From the NCBI GenBank assembly GCA_964588725.1, contig CAZPQL010000001.1, positions 782 to 64,781 on the forward strand: DNA of 64,000 nt, written 5' to 3'. The notes beneath the pieces are model-generated. The model was not told where the DNA came from. It was given only the letters and a program-made list of their open reading frames with translations, and made no database searches. Below, piece after piece: positions 30,553 to 39,423 of this stretch. Position 1 is the stretch's first letter; each line of letters opens with the position of its first letter. The stretch is from an uncultured Rhodobacterales bacterium. Lineage in GTDB: Bacteria; Pseudomonadota; Alphaproteobacteria; Rhodobacterales; Rhodobacteraceae. The translations under genes and the position numbers were made by a program.

Positions 30553-30759
30553 ATGGCACTCTACGAAACTACCCGCCCCGCGCCCTTTGGGGCCGTCACA
30601 ACTTTTCGCATCGTCACGCTGATTGAAAAACCGATCGCGGCTTTCAAGGTATGGAACGATCTGCGCAAAACCCGGAACGATTTACTGCGGCTCAGTAATC
30701 GGGAACTGGCCGATATTGGTATGTTGCGCAGCGACATCGATCACCTGCGCCTGCGCTGA
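30553..30759 (+). CDS. DUF1127 small protein
   Basis: 68 aa from ATG 30553, with GGGAAA upstream. C-terminal LSNRELADIGMLRSDI is the DUF1127 signature as I remember it. Confidence 0.8.
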   Translation: MALYETTRPAPFGAVTTFRIVTLIEKPIAAFKVWNDLRKTRNDLLRLSNRELADIGMLRSDIDHLRLR

Positions 30760-30780
30760 TTCCCAGAATTACGGAAATTG

Positions 30781-30810
30781 GGGCCGCTTCATTGGTTGAG
30801 GCGGCCTTTT
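30781..30810. terminator. hairpin GGGCCGC-N13-GCGGCC(T)TTT between convergent genes
   Basis: Read directly from the sequence. The T-run is on the plus strand. Confidence 0.6.
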
Positions 30811-31036
30811 ACTTATTTGTGAAGCCTTCGATATAGGGTTCGATAAAGTCTTTCACAGCAAGCGTTACCGGATCGGGCGCCATAATCAGCCGCACATAGG
30901 TGCTGCCCGGCATTCCGCTGATATATTTATTCAGCCGAAGCGCGTAGGACTGTTCGCCAAGCAGCAAAATCAATGCAACCTTGAGCGCAATCAAGGCCAC
31001 CGCGATTTTCACCAAAAACCAGAACAGTCGGCGCAA
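30809..31036 (-). CDS. small single-pass membrane protein (start uncertain)
   Basis: 75-aa ORF with TM helix LFWFLVKIAVALIALKVALILLL. TTG start. The frame stays open upstream to 31171 with no ATG, GTG or TTG. Confidence 0.5.
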   Translation of the reverse strand: MRRLFWFLVKIAVALIALKVALILLLGEQSYALRLNKYISGMPGSTYVRLIMAPDPVTLAVKDFIEPYIEGFTNK

Positions 31037-31145
31037 TACTCCGGGTCGGTGGCGACGCGGTTCACGCAGCGTTGTCCCCCGATTTCGGCGTTTGTGTTCT
31101 TTGTCGATCGATTTCAGCCGCTTCTGAAAATCCTTGAGATTGTCA

Positions 31146-32033
31146 TCACCCAGCGTCTCGTCCCCTTTTTCTTAAGGTCAAGGTGCTCCATTCTCCTAAC
31201 TTGAAATGGGCGTGCAGGTCAAATTTTTCGCGCGTGTAGACCGATATTATCGCGTCTGCCTGCGTGTTCAGAATACCTGAAAGAATCACGTAACCCATTG
31301 GCGATACATGGGTATTCATGTCGGGCGCCAATGCTATCAGCGGCGATTTCAGGATATTGGCAAAAACCAGGTCAAAAGGCGCACGCGGTGTGATCTCGGT
31401 GTGGTCAAACCCTGCAAAGGTGACGCACGTCACGCGCCCTGACAGGTTGTTGCATGCCAGATTGGCCCGCGACGTGTCTATGGCCACCTGATCAATGTCG
31501 CCTGCAATGATGTTTGCTCTGGGCCAGATTTTGGCGGCTGCCATGGCAAGGACTGCTGTACCACAACCGATATCGGCCACGCTGGACGGGACAACGCCTT
31601 GACCGGCCAGTTCATCGAGCGCCTGCAAACACCCCTGCGTGGTGCCGTGATGTCCGGTGCCAAAAGCCATGGCCGCGTCAATCGCCAGCGGCACCACATC
31701 ATCCGGAACGCGGTTGGCGTCGTGGCTGCCGTACACAAAAAACCGCCCCGCGCGCACCGGCGACAGTTCACGCCGCACCTTGGCGACCCAGTCCTGATCG
31801 GGTACTTCAGACACCACGAAGGGCCGTGAATCAAAAGCCGTGGCCAAAATCTGCAAAGCTGTCGCGTCGGGATTTTCGGCAAAATAGCCGCCTATTTCAA
31901 AATGACCCTTGCCGTCCTCGATTTCAAACACGCCAACACCTGTGGGTTCGGGGACCATGTTTTCGATCGCCAGACCGATCCGGTCTGCCGCGTCTTTATT
32001 GTCGACCGTGGTAAATGCCGTGAAACAGGGCAT
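31146..32033 (-). CDS. prmA: ribosomal protein L11 methyltransferase
   Basis: 295 aa. FGTGHHGTTQGCL and the SAM motif DIGCGTAVLAMAA. Confidence 0.88.
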   Translation of the reverse strand: MPCFTAFTTVDNKDAADRIGLAIENMVPEPTGVGVFEIEDGKGHFEIGGYFAENPDATALQILATAFDSRPFVVSEVPDQDWVAKVRRELSPVRAGRFFVYGSHDANRVPDDVVPLAIDAAMAFGTGHHGTTQGCLQALDELAGQGVVPSSVADIGCGTAVLAMAAAKIWPRANIIAGDIDQVAIDTSRANLACNNLSGRVTCVTFAGFDHTEITPRAPFDLVFANILKSPLIALAPDMNTHVSPMGYVILSGILNTQADAIISVYTREKFDLHAHFKLGEWSTLTLRKRGRDAG

Positions 32034-32059
32034 GGGCGTTCAATCTATGAATTGTGTTT

Positions 32060-32713
32060 CTAGCCGACGCCGATCCCGGCGGGGCACGAGACTCCGGTGC
32101 CGCCCAGCCCGCAATAGCCGCCCGGATTTTTGGCAAGATACTGTTGGTGATACTCTTCCGCAAAATAAAATTCCGGCGCGTCGATGATTTCGGTCGTGAC
32201 CGTACCGTATCCCGCCCCCGAAAGTTTCCGTGCATAAGTTTCTTTAGACGTCACAGCCGCCGCCTTTTGCGCGGGCGACGTCGTATAAACCCCCGAGCGG
32301 TACTGAGTGCCGCGGTCATTGCCCTGTCGCATCCCTTGCGTCGGATTGTGGCCCTGCCAAAACACCTGCAACAGTTCGCCAAAAGCCACCTGTTCGGGTT
32401 GAAAAACCACTTTCACCACTTCGTTGTGGCCGGTTTGCCCCGAGCAGACTTCTTCATAAGTGGCGTTAGGCGTCTGGCCACCCATATAGCCCACAGATGT
32501 TACCCAGACTCTGTCGATCTGCCAAAACAGCCGTTCCGCTCCCCAAAAACAGCCCATACCAAAATATATGGTTTCGGCATCTTTGGGCGCGCCATCCTTC
32601 AGCGGTCTGCCGTTCACATAGTGCGTATCTGCCGTAAAGATCGCAGTGGCGCGGCCCGGCAACGCGTCACCCGGGTCAGGCAACCGATTTTTAAGGCTGG
32701 GTTGAAAAAACAT
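32060..32713 (-). CDS. msrA: peptide methionine-S-sulfoxide reductase
   Basis: 217 aa. Active-site motif GMGCFWGAE. Confidence 0.95.
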   Translation of the reverse strand: MFFQPSLKNRLPDPGDALPGRATAIFTADTHYVNGRPLKDGAPKDAETIYFGMGCFWGAERLFWQIDRVWVTSVGYMGGQTPNATYEEVCSGQTGHNEVVKVVFQPEQVAFGELLQVFWQGHNPTQGMRQGNDRGTQYRSGVYTTSPAQKAAAVTSKETYARKLSGAGYGTVTTEIIDAPEFYFAEEYHQQYLAKNPGGYCGLGGTGVSCPAGIGVG

Positions 32714-32784
32714 GTCAAACCTCCTGGGGGGTGCGCCAAACCATAGGAGCCAAAGTGCGCAAGACGCAAGACCGCAAATGGCTT

Positions 32785-34146
32785 TTACGCAGTGCGCACC
32801 GGTTTGTCGGCAGCTGAAGATTGCACCAAATGACGCAAGAATACAGTGGCCAAAATAGTTGCGACGCTGCCCACGGCAATATTAGCCAGCGCCTGCCCGT
32901 GGATCGCACCGGGGGCCATAAGCCACCCGCTCATCAATAACGCGAACGGCCAGATCAACAGACCGTCGCGGGTCCAGTTCAGCAACGTCGAAAATATCGG
33001 GCGTCCCAGATTATTGAAAACCGCGTTGGCGATAAACAATGCGCCCACGAATACAAAACCACCGGCAGCCAAAGTGGTAAAGGCCGCAACAACGTCGGCA
33101 CCGGCACCGCCAATGCCAAAGGCGGCAATGGTAAAAGGCGTCAGATAGGCCAATAGCGACCACGCCAAAAATACATAAACCGCACAGAAAATCAGTGAAT
33201 CGCGGTAGACTGCCCGCACGCGGTCCATTTTCCCGGCTCCGAAATTCTGCCCGATAATGCCGCCGATTGCGCCGGACAACGAAAATATACCACCAAAAGC
33301 AACGACCGTGATACGACCGACAACCGCCCAGCCCGCCACAGCGCTGTCGCCATATTCCGCCACCACCTTGGTGAGCAGATAGTTGCCAAAAGGTGTCGAC
33401 AGCTGCGCCAAAATGGCGGGAATGGCGACAATCAGAAATGGCCGCGCCAATCGGGTGAAATCCTGACGTGTGATTCGGGTGAGCATCTTATGTACATACG
33501 CCAGATAATAAATCGCCAAGGCTGCGGTCAATGTACGGGCTATGACGCTGGCGACAGCCGCACCTTCGATCCCCAGATCCATCCAAACGATCAGAACCGG
33601 GTCGATCACCATGGAAATCAGCCCCGAGACCATCGTGACCATCATGGAACGGTACGCGTCCCCTTTGGCCCGCAACAACGCTGTGCCCACCATGCCCACG
33701 GCCATCATGGGTAGCGAAAAAAGCGTGATCAGCAAATAACTTGCCGCACTTGCTGCCGTTTCACCCCGCGCCCCGAGCACCGCCAAAAACTCGTGGCGAA
33801 AATAAATGATGATCGCGGCAAATACGGCCTGCATGCCAACCGCCACCAGCGCGCTGACGACCGTCTGCCGCCGGGCCTCGTCCAACTTGCCCTGCCCGAT
33901 CAGTTTTGACACGGTCGCGGTTGCGCCAATCATCAAACCGATGCCCAAAGAAATGGCAAAAAACTGTATGGTCCACGCGAACCCCAGCGCTGCGACCAGA
34001 CTTTCCACACCAAGGGACGACACCCAGAACAGGTTCGCCGCATCGATCAGAAACATAAACGTCAGCCCGATCGAACCCGTCAAAGTCATGCGCACCACAT
34101 GACCCATGGTGGAACCGGTAACAAAACGGGCTTGTTCGCTGGCCAT
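32785..34146 (-). CDS. MATE-family efflux transporter
   Basis: 453 aa, about 12 TM segments. The N-terminus [21 protein letters not shown] is typical of MATE/NorM-like proteins. Confidence 0.85.
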   Translation of the reverse strand: MASEQARFVTGSTMGHVVRMTLTGSIGLTFMFLIDAANLFWVSSLGVESLVAALGFAWTIQFFAISLGIGLMIGATATVSKLIGQGKLDEARRQTVVSALVAVGMQAVFAAIIIYFRHEFLAVLGARGETAASAASYLLITLFSLPMMAVGMVGTALLRAKGDAYRSMMVTMVSGLISMVIDPVLIVWMDLGIEGAAVASVIARTLTAALAIYYLAYVHKMLTRITRQDFTRLARPFLIVAIPAILAQLSTPFGNYLLTKVVAEYGDSAVAGWAVVGRITVVAFGGIFSLSGAIGGIIGQNFGAGKMDRVRAVYRDSLIFCAVYVFLAWSLLAYLTPFTIAAFGIGGAGADVVAAFTTLAAGGFVFVGALFIANAVFNNLGRPIFSTLLNWTRDGLLIWPFALLMSGWLMAPGAIHGQALANIAVGSVATILATVFLRHLVQSSAADKPVRTA

Positions 34147-34150
34147 AGAT

Positions 34151-35407
34151 TTACCGTGCAGCCATCGACAGGTTGCGCGCGGAAAAAACGGTCTCGCTGC
34201 CGTGCTTTGGGTGGCGGGGAATAAGCAAGACCAACATCAGCGACATCAACGCCATCGCAGCAGCGAGCGCAAACACTGCCCCCGGCGACGCAATCCACAA
34301 AAACCCCAATAAGACAGGCAGAAACACCGCCGAAATATGATTGATCGTGAAGGCCACGGCGGCTGTCGGTGCTATATCGGCACTGTCGGCGATTTTCTGA
34401 AAATAGGTTTTATGCGCGAACGCCAGCGAAAAAAACAAATGATCGACCACATAAAGCACCGCCGCCAAAACAGCGCCCCAGTCAAACAGGTAAATGCTGC
34501 CATAAAGCAGAAACACCACGACCAGCCCCGCATATTCAAATACCAGCGTGTTGCGCTCGCCAAAACGTGCCAAAAGCCGCCCCATGAGCGGCGCAAAAAT
34601 GATGTTTGCAATATAGTTGATCAAAAACAGCCCGGTCAGCATATGCACCTGAAAGCCAAATCGTTCGACCATCATAAAGGCGGCAAACACAATAAATATC
34701 TGGCGCCGCGCACCCGCCATGAACTGGATGGCATAATAAAGCCAGTAGCGCCGTCGCAGGATCATCTTTTTAAGCTGCGGATGCGGGGCTTCAAATTGTG
34801 GATAGGCAAAATAGCAAAACAGCGCCAGAACCACGGTTGCGCCCCCGCCAAGCCCGTAAGCCCAGCCATACGTCAGCCCCCAAAACCGCCAGCCCACAAC
34901 TATCAACCCGTAGGCAACAAGGGACGCCCCCGAACCGGCGGCAACGATCCAGCCCAAAACCTGCGGGGCTTTTTTGATGTCCAGCCACTGCAACTGCAGC
35001 GACTGGTTGACGGTTTCATAATAGTGGAACCCGATGGACCCGATCATCGTTGTCACCAAAAGCCCGCCAAAACTGGGAAACCATGACGTGACCATTGTCG
35101 CCGCCCCCAACGCCAGCAGCGCCACGACACCCAGCACCTGCTCGCGCATGAACATGATGATCGCAATGACTCCGACGGCCAGAAATCCCGGAATTTCGCG
35201 TACCGTGTGCAACCAGCCAATTTTGACGCCGTCAAACTGCGCCGCCTCGATGACAAAGTTATTCAAAAGCGCGCTCCACACTGCAAATGCCATGGGCATC
35301 GCCGCCGCCATGACGAACAACAGCGCCATGGGCCGTCGCCAAAACGGCAGCGTCAAAGCCTGATTAAAGCTAAGAATTTGGCGGGAGCTCAACTTGAACA
35401 TTGGCAC
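34151..35407 (-). CDS. MFS-type transporter
   Basis: 418 aa, 12 predicted TM segments. Its stop lies 4 nt before the MATE start. Confidence 0.7.
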   Translation of the reverse strand: MPMFKLSSRQILSFNQALTLPFWRRPMALLFVMAAAMPMAFAVWSALLNNFVIEAAQFDGVKIGWLHTVREIPGFLAVGVIAIIMFMREQVLGVVALLALGAATMVTSWFPSFGGLLVTTMIGSIGFHYYETVNQSLQLQWLDIKKAPQVLGWIVAAGSGASLVAYGLIVVGWRFWGLTYGWAYGLGGGATVVLALFCYFAYPQFEAPHPQLKKMILRRRYWLYYAIQFMAGARRQIFIVFAAFMMVERFGFQVHMLTGLFLINYIANIIFAPLMGRLLARFGERNTLVFEYAGLVVVFLLYGSIYLFDWGAVLAAVLYVVDHLFFSLAFAHKTYFQKIADSADIAPTAAVAFTINHISAVFLPVLLGFLWIASPGAVFALAAAMALMSLMLVLLIPRHPKHGSETVFSARNLSMAAR

Positions 35408-35475
35408 AGGTTACACGCATTGACCGGGGATGCGAGGTCAATCGTTGTCTCCGGCGCGACAACTTTCAGATTTCG

Positions 35476-35541
35476 TTTTTGCAAGAATCGCACGCGCGGG
35501 GGGCCAGCGCCTCAAATCCCCGTTGGGGATTTGGAGCACAG
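35476..35541 (+). repeat. about 66-nt intergenic repeat, copy 1 (core palindrome CAAATCCCC-GTT-GGGGATTTG at 35513-35533)
   Basis: Aligns with 42266-42331. Shared blocks are TTTTTGCAA.AAT, CGCGC, GGCCA and CTCAAATCCCCG..GGGGATTT.GAGCACAG. Confidence 0.75.
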
Positions 35542-35606
35542 TCCGGCACGCACCGGCCACAGGCCGGGCCGCAATAGATAACAAGCTTGAAACTTAGGTC
35601 AAAAAC

Positions 35607-36227
35607 TCAGTTTTTCGCGTAGTATTCCACCACCAGATTCGGCTCCATCATCACCGGATAAGGCACATCGCCCAAGCTTGGAGTGCGGATGAATTCGGCA
35701 GTCATTTTACCATGATCGACGCCCAGATATTCGGGCACGTCGCGTTCGGGCGACCCAATAGCTTCCAGACACAGACCCATTTGTCTGGACTTGTCGCGCA
35801 CCTGCACTACGTCGCCTTCTTTGACGCGGTAAGATGGAATGTTGACCTTTTGGCCGTTCACACTCACGTGGCCGTGGTTTACGAACTGGCGCGCCGCAAA
35901 AATCGTCGGCACAAACTTGGCGCGGTAGACAACCGCATCAAGGCGGCGTTCGAGCAAACCAATCAAATTCTCGCCGGTGTCGCCGCGCACGCGCTCGGCT
36001 TCTCCGTAAATGCGGCGGAACTGTTTTTCCGTCAGATCGCCGTAATAGCCTTTCAGCTTTTGCTTGGCGCGCAGCTGAATACCAAAATCCGACAGCTTGC
36101 CCTTGCGGCGCTGTCCGTGCTGGCCGGGTCCGTATTCGCGACGGTTGACGGGTGATTTGGGGCGGCCCCAGATGTTTTCGCCCATACGGCGATCAAGTTT
36201 ATACTTGGCAGCGGTGCGTTTGGTCAC
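35607..36227 (-). CDS. rpsD: 30S ribosomal protein S4
   Basis: Start chosen at GTG 36227 ([26 protein letters not shown]...), with AAGGAG 7 nt upstream. The track ORF extends to 36266. Confidence 0.95.
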   Translation of the reverse strand: MTKRTAAKYKLDRRMGENIWGRPKSPVNRREYGPGQHGQRRKGKLSDFGIQLRAKQKLKGYYGDLTEKQFRRIYGEAERVRGDTGENLIGLLERRLDAVVYRAKFVPTIFAARQFVNHGHVSVNGQKVNIPSYRVKEGDVVQVRDKSRQMGLCLEAIGSPERDVPEYLGVDHGKMTAEFIRTPSLGDVPYPVMMEPNLVVEYYAKN

Positions 36228-36384
36228 GGCTGATCTCCTTCGACTGAACAGCATCCCGCAGGACACCTATGAAGGGCGTTGTCCTTTCCGCGCCGGTATT
36301 CGTCTTGCGATACCGGCAGGGCGACAGGCATCCCCTTGCAGGGGCCACCAACACCATGTGGTCCGGCGTTCACCGGATGCGCGC

Positions 36385-36412
36385 GTTATAGGCACAACGG
36401 CGGGGGTGTCAA
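36385..36412 (-). promoter_or_regulatory. near-consensus sigma70 promoter for rpsD (TTGACA-16 nt-TATAAC on the minus strand)
   Basis: Read directly from the sequence. It predicts an about 150-nt 5' leader. Confidence 0.5.
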
Positions 36413-36580
36413 CAGCTCTGATACGCCCACAGAATTTCGCGATTTGGCTGAAATATCGCTTTTCACCTGACGGATTTTGCGTTCAATCCAAGGCTGACCA
36501 CGCATGCAAAACGCGCTCCGGTTCTTGGGTGATCGGATATTTCAGGCAGCGTTGCGCGCCTGGATTGTCGCGAAACGCTT

Positions 36581-37588
36581 TTAACAACGCAGGATAGCCG
36601 CCTCATGTATGCTAAGCGCACGACGCGCCAAAGGCCCATAATGATAGGGCGACGCACGCAGTTCGGGAAACAGATTGTAAAGCTCGTCCAGTTGGTCCTG
36701 CGGCACCGCATTCAACAGCGAATGGCCCGGATGAAAACTTTCGGTTTCCACGCCGTTGGCCTCGATTATCTCGTGGCGATCAAATAGCAGGTGGATGTAT
36801 TGCGTGCCCCTGATCTGATTGTCCACGGTGATCGTGCGGTCGTTGATCAAATCCTGCGCGGCCACCAGAACCTCGGGCGCGTTGAATAATATTTCTGCGC
36901 GCGGACCCGCCACCACCATACGGTGCCGCGGCGAGACCCATAAATCCCTATCCGGCAACCGTGGTCCCAATGCGCCTTTGCGCAACCGAACCGGACGTAG
37001 GTTTGACATCGCGACGAAACGCGCGCCGGTCATTTCACGCCGACCGATCCAGCGTAATACCTGTGGGCCGTTGTCGCGCGTCCTGACCAGATCCCCCACC
37101 TGCAGCGCCTCGACGGGTTTCACACCCGACGGAGTTTTGATCCATGTCCCGGTGGTAAAGCAAATGATACTGCTGCGCGGATCGTTGTAGGTGGTGACGC
37201 GCGACGGCGCGCGCGAGATTGCGTCAACGACGATCAGATCGGTACCGGGCGGCGGCACACTGTCTTCGAATGTTAACACCGGGTCGCTTTGCCCCAAAAC
37301 CAGATCGTCAAACAAACCGGGGTCCACGTCGTTGACATGGATGACATGCCGACTGCCACGCCCCTTAACTTCGAAACTATAGTTGTAAATCAATCCAAGT
37401 TCGCCCGCATAAAATGCAGTATGTTGATGATCGCTGTTCGCTTGGTAACACCAGCGGCTGCCGACGCCGATATTGACACGGTAGTCTGCCGCCGCGCCAT
37501 TAATCGTTGTCTGCGCACCCCGAATCCTGGCCTGTTGCTGCTCTGCCCCGTGCATCCCACCGCCTGTTTTTCTTGTTGTTGCGGGCAA
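36581..37588 (-). CDS. Hint (Hedgehog/intein-like) domain protein with an unknown about 150-aa N-terminal region
   Basis: 335 aa (TTG 37588, or ATG 37555). The Hint_2-type module starts at Cys: CFTTGTWIKTPSGVKPVEALQVGDLVRTRDNGPQVLRWIG. Confidence 0.85.
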   Translation of the reverse strand: MPATTRKTGGGMHGAEQQQARIRGAQTTINGAAADYRVNIGVGSRWCYQANSDHQHTAFYAGELGLIYNYSFEVKGRGSRHVIHVNDVDPGLFDDLVLGQSDPVLTFEDSVPPPGTDLIVVDAISRAPSRVTTYNDPRSSIICFTTGTWIKTPSGVKPVEALQVGDLVRTRDNGPQVLRWIGRREMTGARFVAMSNLRPVRLRKGALGPRLPDRDLWVSPRHRMVVAGPRAEILFNAPEVLVAAQDLINDRTITVDNQIRGTQYIHLLFDRHEIIEANGVETESFHPGHSLLNAVPQDQLDELYNLFPELRASPYHYGPLARRALSIHEAAILRC

Positions 37589-37689
37589 ATTAGCGCCGAT
37601 CGCGCCGGCAAGATAGGGGTGTCATTGCGATTTTTAATAATTGTGATTAGGACACCGCCACAGGGCAGCCGGCCGCTGGCCGCAAAACC

Positions 37690-38421
37690 TTGATACCTCC
37701 CGCAGTCGGGTGCGAAAGGACGCCGTTGAAGAATTTTCTAAAAACGCGGTTGCGCGGCGGATTGGGGAGCGCCCTGTACGCGATGCTTCTGCGTCTGGTA
37801 TTTTTGACGTCCCGAAAGCACTACGAGCCCGGCAGCGCGCGAAACGCGCAATGCATCCGGCGACCGGTGATCTACGTGTCGTGGCATGGCCATTCTTATC
37901 TGTTTCCGTTTCTGTTCAGGTCCAGCCCCCCACCCACGTTGCTGGTGGCGCGCCACGGCGACGGGCGCACTGTTGGTGACGCCATGAACCGCCTTGGTTT
38001 GCCGCTGGCTTTCGGGTCCGGAAGCACCGACAAAACTGACAGCCGCAAAGGCGGTGCTGTCGCCTTTTTGCGCATGCTCAAAATACTGAACAGCGGTGGT
38101 TCGGTCAAAATGACCGCCGATGTGCCCAAAGTCGCCCGTGTCGCCGGTGAAGGCGCTGTTTTGCTGGCCCGCAAGAGCGGTTGCCCGATTGTCCCTGTCG
38201 CAATCGCGTCTTCACGCCGCCGCTTTGCCAACAGTTGGGACCAGATGCAGATCAACTTGCCGTTTTCGAAAATCGCCTTTGTACTTGGTGAGCCAATCGA
38301 CGTGCCGGATGACGGTTCAGACCTGAGCGTACATCAACACAAAATTCAGACGGCGCTGGATACCGCCGATGCGCGCGCGCTGGAATTGGCGGGGGGACGT
38401 ATATTCAGAACCGAAGCCTGA
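37690..38421 (+). CDS. DUF374 / lysophospholipid-acyltransferase-like protein
   Basis: 243-aa ORF. The more likely start is TTG 37726, preceded by GAAAGGA. The body (VSWHGHSYL..., ARHGDGR..., GGSVKMTADVPK...) resembles DUF374 as I remember it. Confidence 0.65.
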   Translation: MIPPAVGCERTPLKNFLKTRLRGGLGSALYAMLLRLVFLTSRKHYEPGSARNAQCIRRPVIYVSWHGHSYLFPFLFRSSPPPTLLVARHGDGRTVGDAMNRLGLPLAFGSGSTDKTDSRKGGAVAFLRMLKILNSGGSVKMTADVPKVARVAGEGAVLLARKSGCPIVPVAIASSRRRFANSWDQMQINLPFSKIAFVLGEPIDVPDDGSDLSVHQHKIQTALDTADARALELAGGRIFRTEA

Positions 38422-39334
38422 CCGACAAAGACCCCAAAAGCTGGCCTTCGGGTTGCGCGGAAAATTCCCGCCCCAGCCACGTAAGGCCGTAAAAAACACT
38501 GGAGTTTTCCATCTCGTAGTAGACACCGCTTCGCAATCTTACCCGCGTGCGAACGGGCGCATAACCCAACGACGTCGGCAGATAACCGCTGGAAAACACC
38601 CGCGCGACATCACCCCCCATCACAAAAGACGCCCCGCGTGAATTGCCACCCCGCACAGCTGCCACACGTTGGCCCGTCACCACATCGCGCACCAGCAAAT
38701 CGTTCGCGCCAAGTTTGCCAATGGTAACGTCGCCGCCAACGCGCACGAAATTCTCGATCCCAAGCTGCGCTTCAAAAAACGGACGGAACCGTGTGCCCGC
38801 GCCTGATCCCGGCAAAGAAAACGCACGGGCAATTTCCAAACTGGCGGTTGGATGAAACCCGTTGCCGATCTGACTGCCCAACACTTTGGGATCGGTAATA
38901 CCCAAAACATTATGTGCCCACGACTGAAACGCACCAAGACGGGTTTGCGGGCCTGTGATCACCATATCGACGCCCAGAGAAATATCGGTCTTGCCCGATC
39001 TGAAATGGCTGATCGCGCCAAGACTGATTGCGCCAGCATAAAGCCGGTCCGGCGCTACCACAGGATTGGTCAGATCGGCGGGCGCGATGATTTCAGTACG
39101 CAGCCGATATTCCATCAACGCACCAATGGTTTCTGGCCGTCGGCCGGTCCAGGCTTCTCCGCGCACAATGCTGCCCGCGTAGGCACCCGTGCGCCAGCGG
39201 TCCTGACCGTCGCCGATCCTGTCGTTGTTGAATATCCGCACCGCGCCAAGGCGAATTTTGCTCTGGGCAAAAACCGGTGCGGTACATAGCAGAATCGACA
39301 CAAGAGCGGTGAAACTGAGCCGAACAAAATTCAT
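38405..39334 (-). CDS. LpxR-family (DUF2219) outer-membrane protein, putative lipid A deacylase
   Basis: Start chosen at ATG 39334 (signal peptide MNFVRLSFTALVSILLCTAPVFA/Q). Blocks NNDRIGDGQDRWRTGAY, DRLYAGAISLG and LGVDMVITGPQTRLGAFQSWAHNVLG line up with Salmonella LpxR blocks as I remember them. Confidence 0.7.
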   Translation of the reverse strand: MNFVRLSFTALVSILLCTAPVFAQSKIRLGAVRIFNNDRIGDGQDRWRTGAYAGSIVRGEAWTGRRPETIGALMEYRLRTEIIAPADLTNPVVAPDRLYAGAISLGAISHFRSGKTDISLGVDMVITGPQTRLGAFQSWAHNVLGITDPKVLGSQIGNGFHPTASLEIARAFSLPGSGAGTRFRPFFEAQLGIENFVRVGGDVTIGKLGANDLLVRDVVTGQRVAAVRGGNSRGASFVMGGDVARVFSSGYLPTSLGYAPVRTRVRLRSGVYYEMENSSVFYGLTWLGREFSAQPEGQLLGSLSVRLRF

Positions 39335-39423
39335 AGCAATTGATCTTTTTATTATTGGTCCGCCCAGACAAGACAATCATAGGGGGACAAATGCGTTCTG
39401 CAAAGTGTTTTATTGCAACAATT

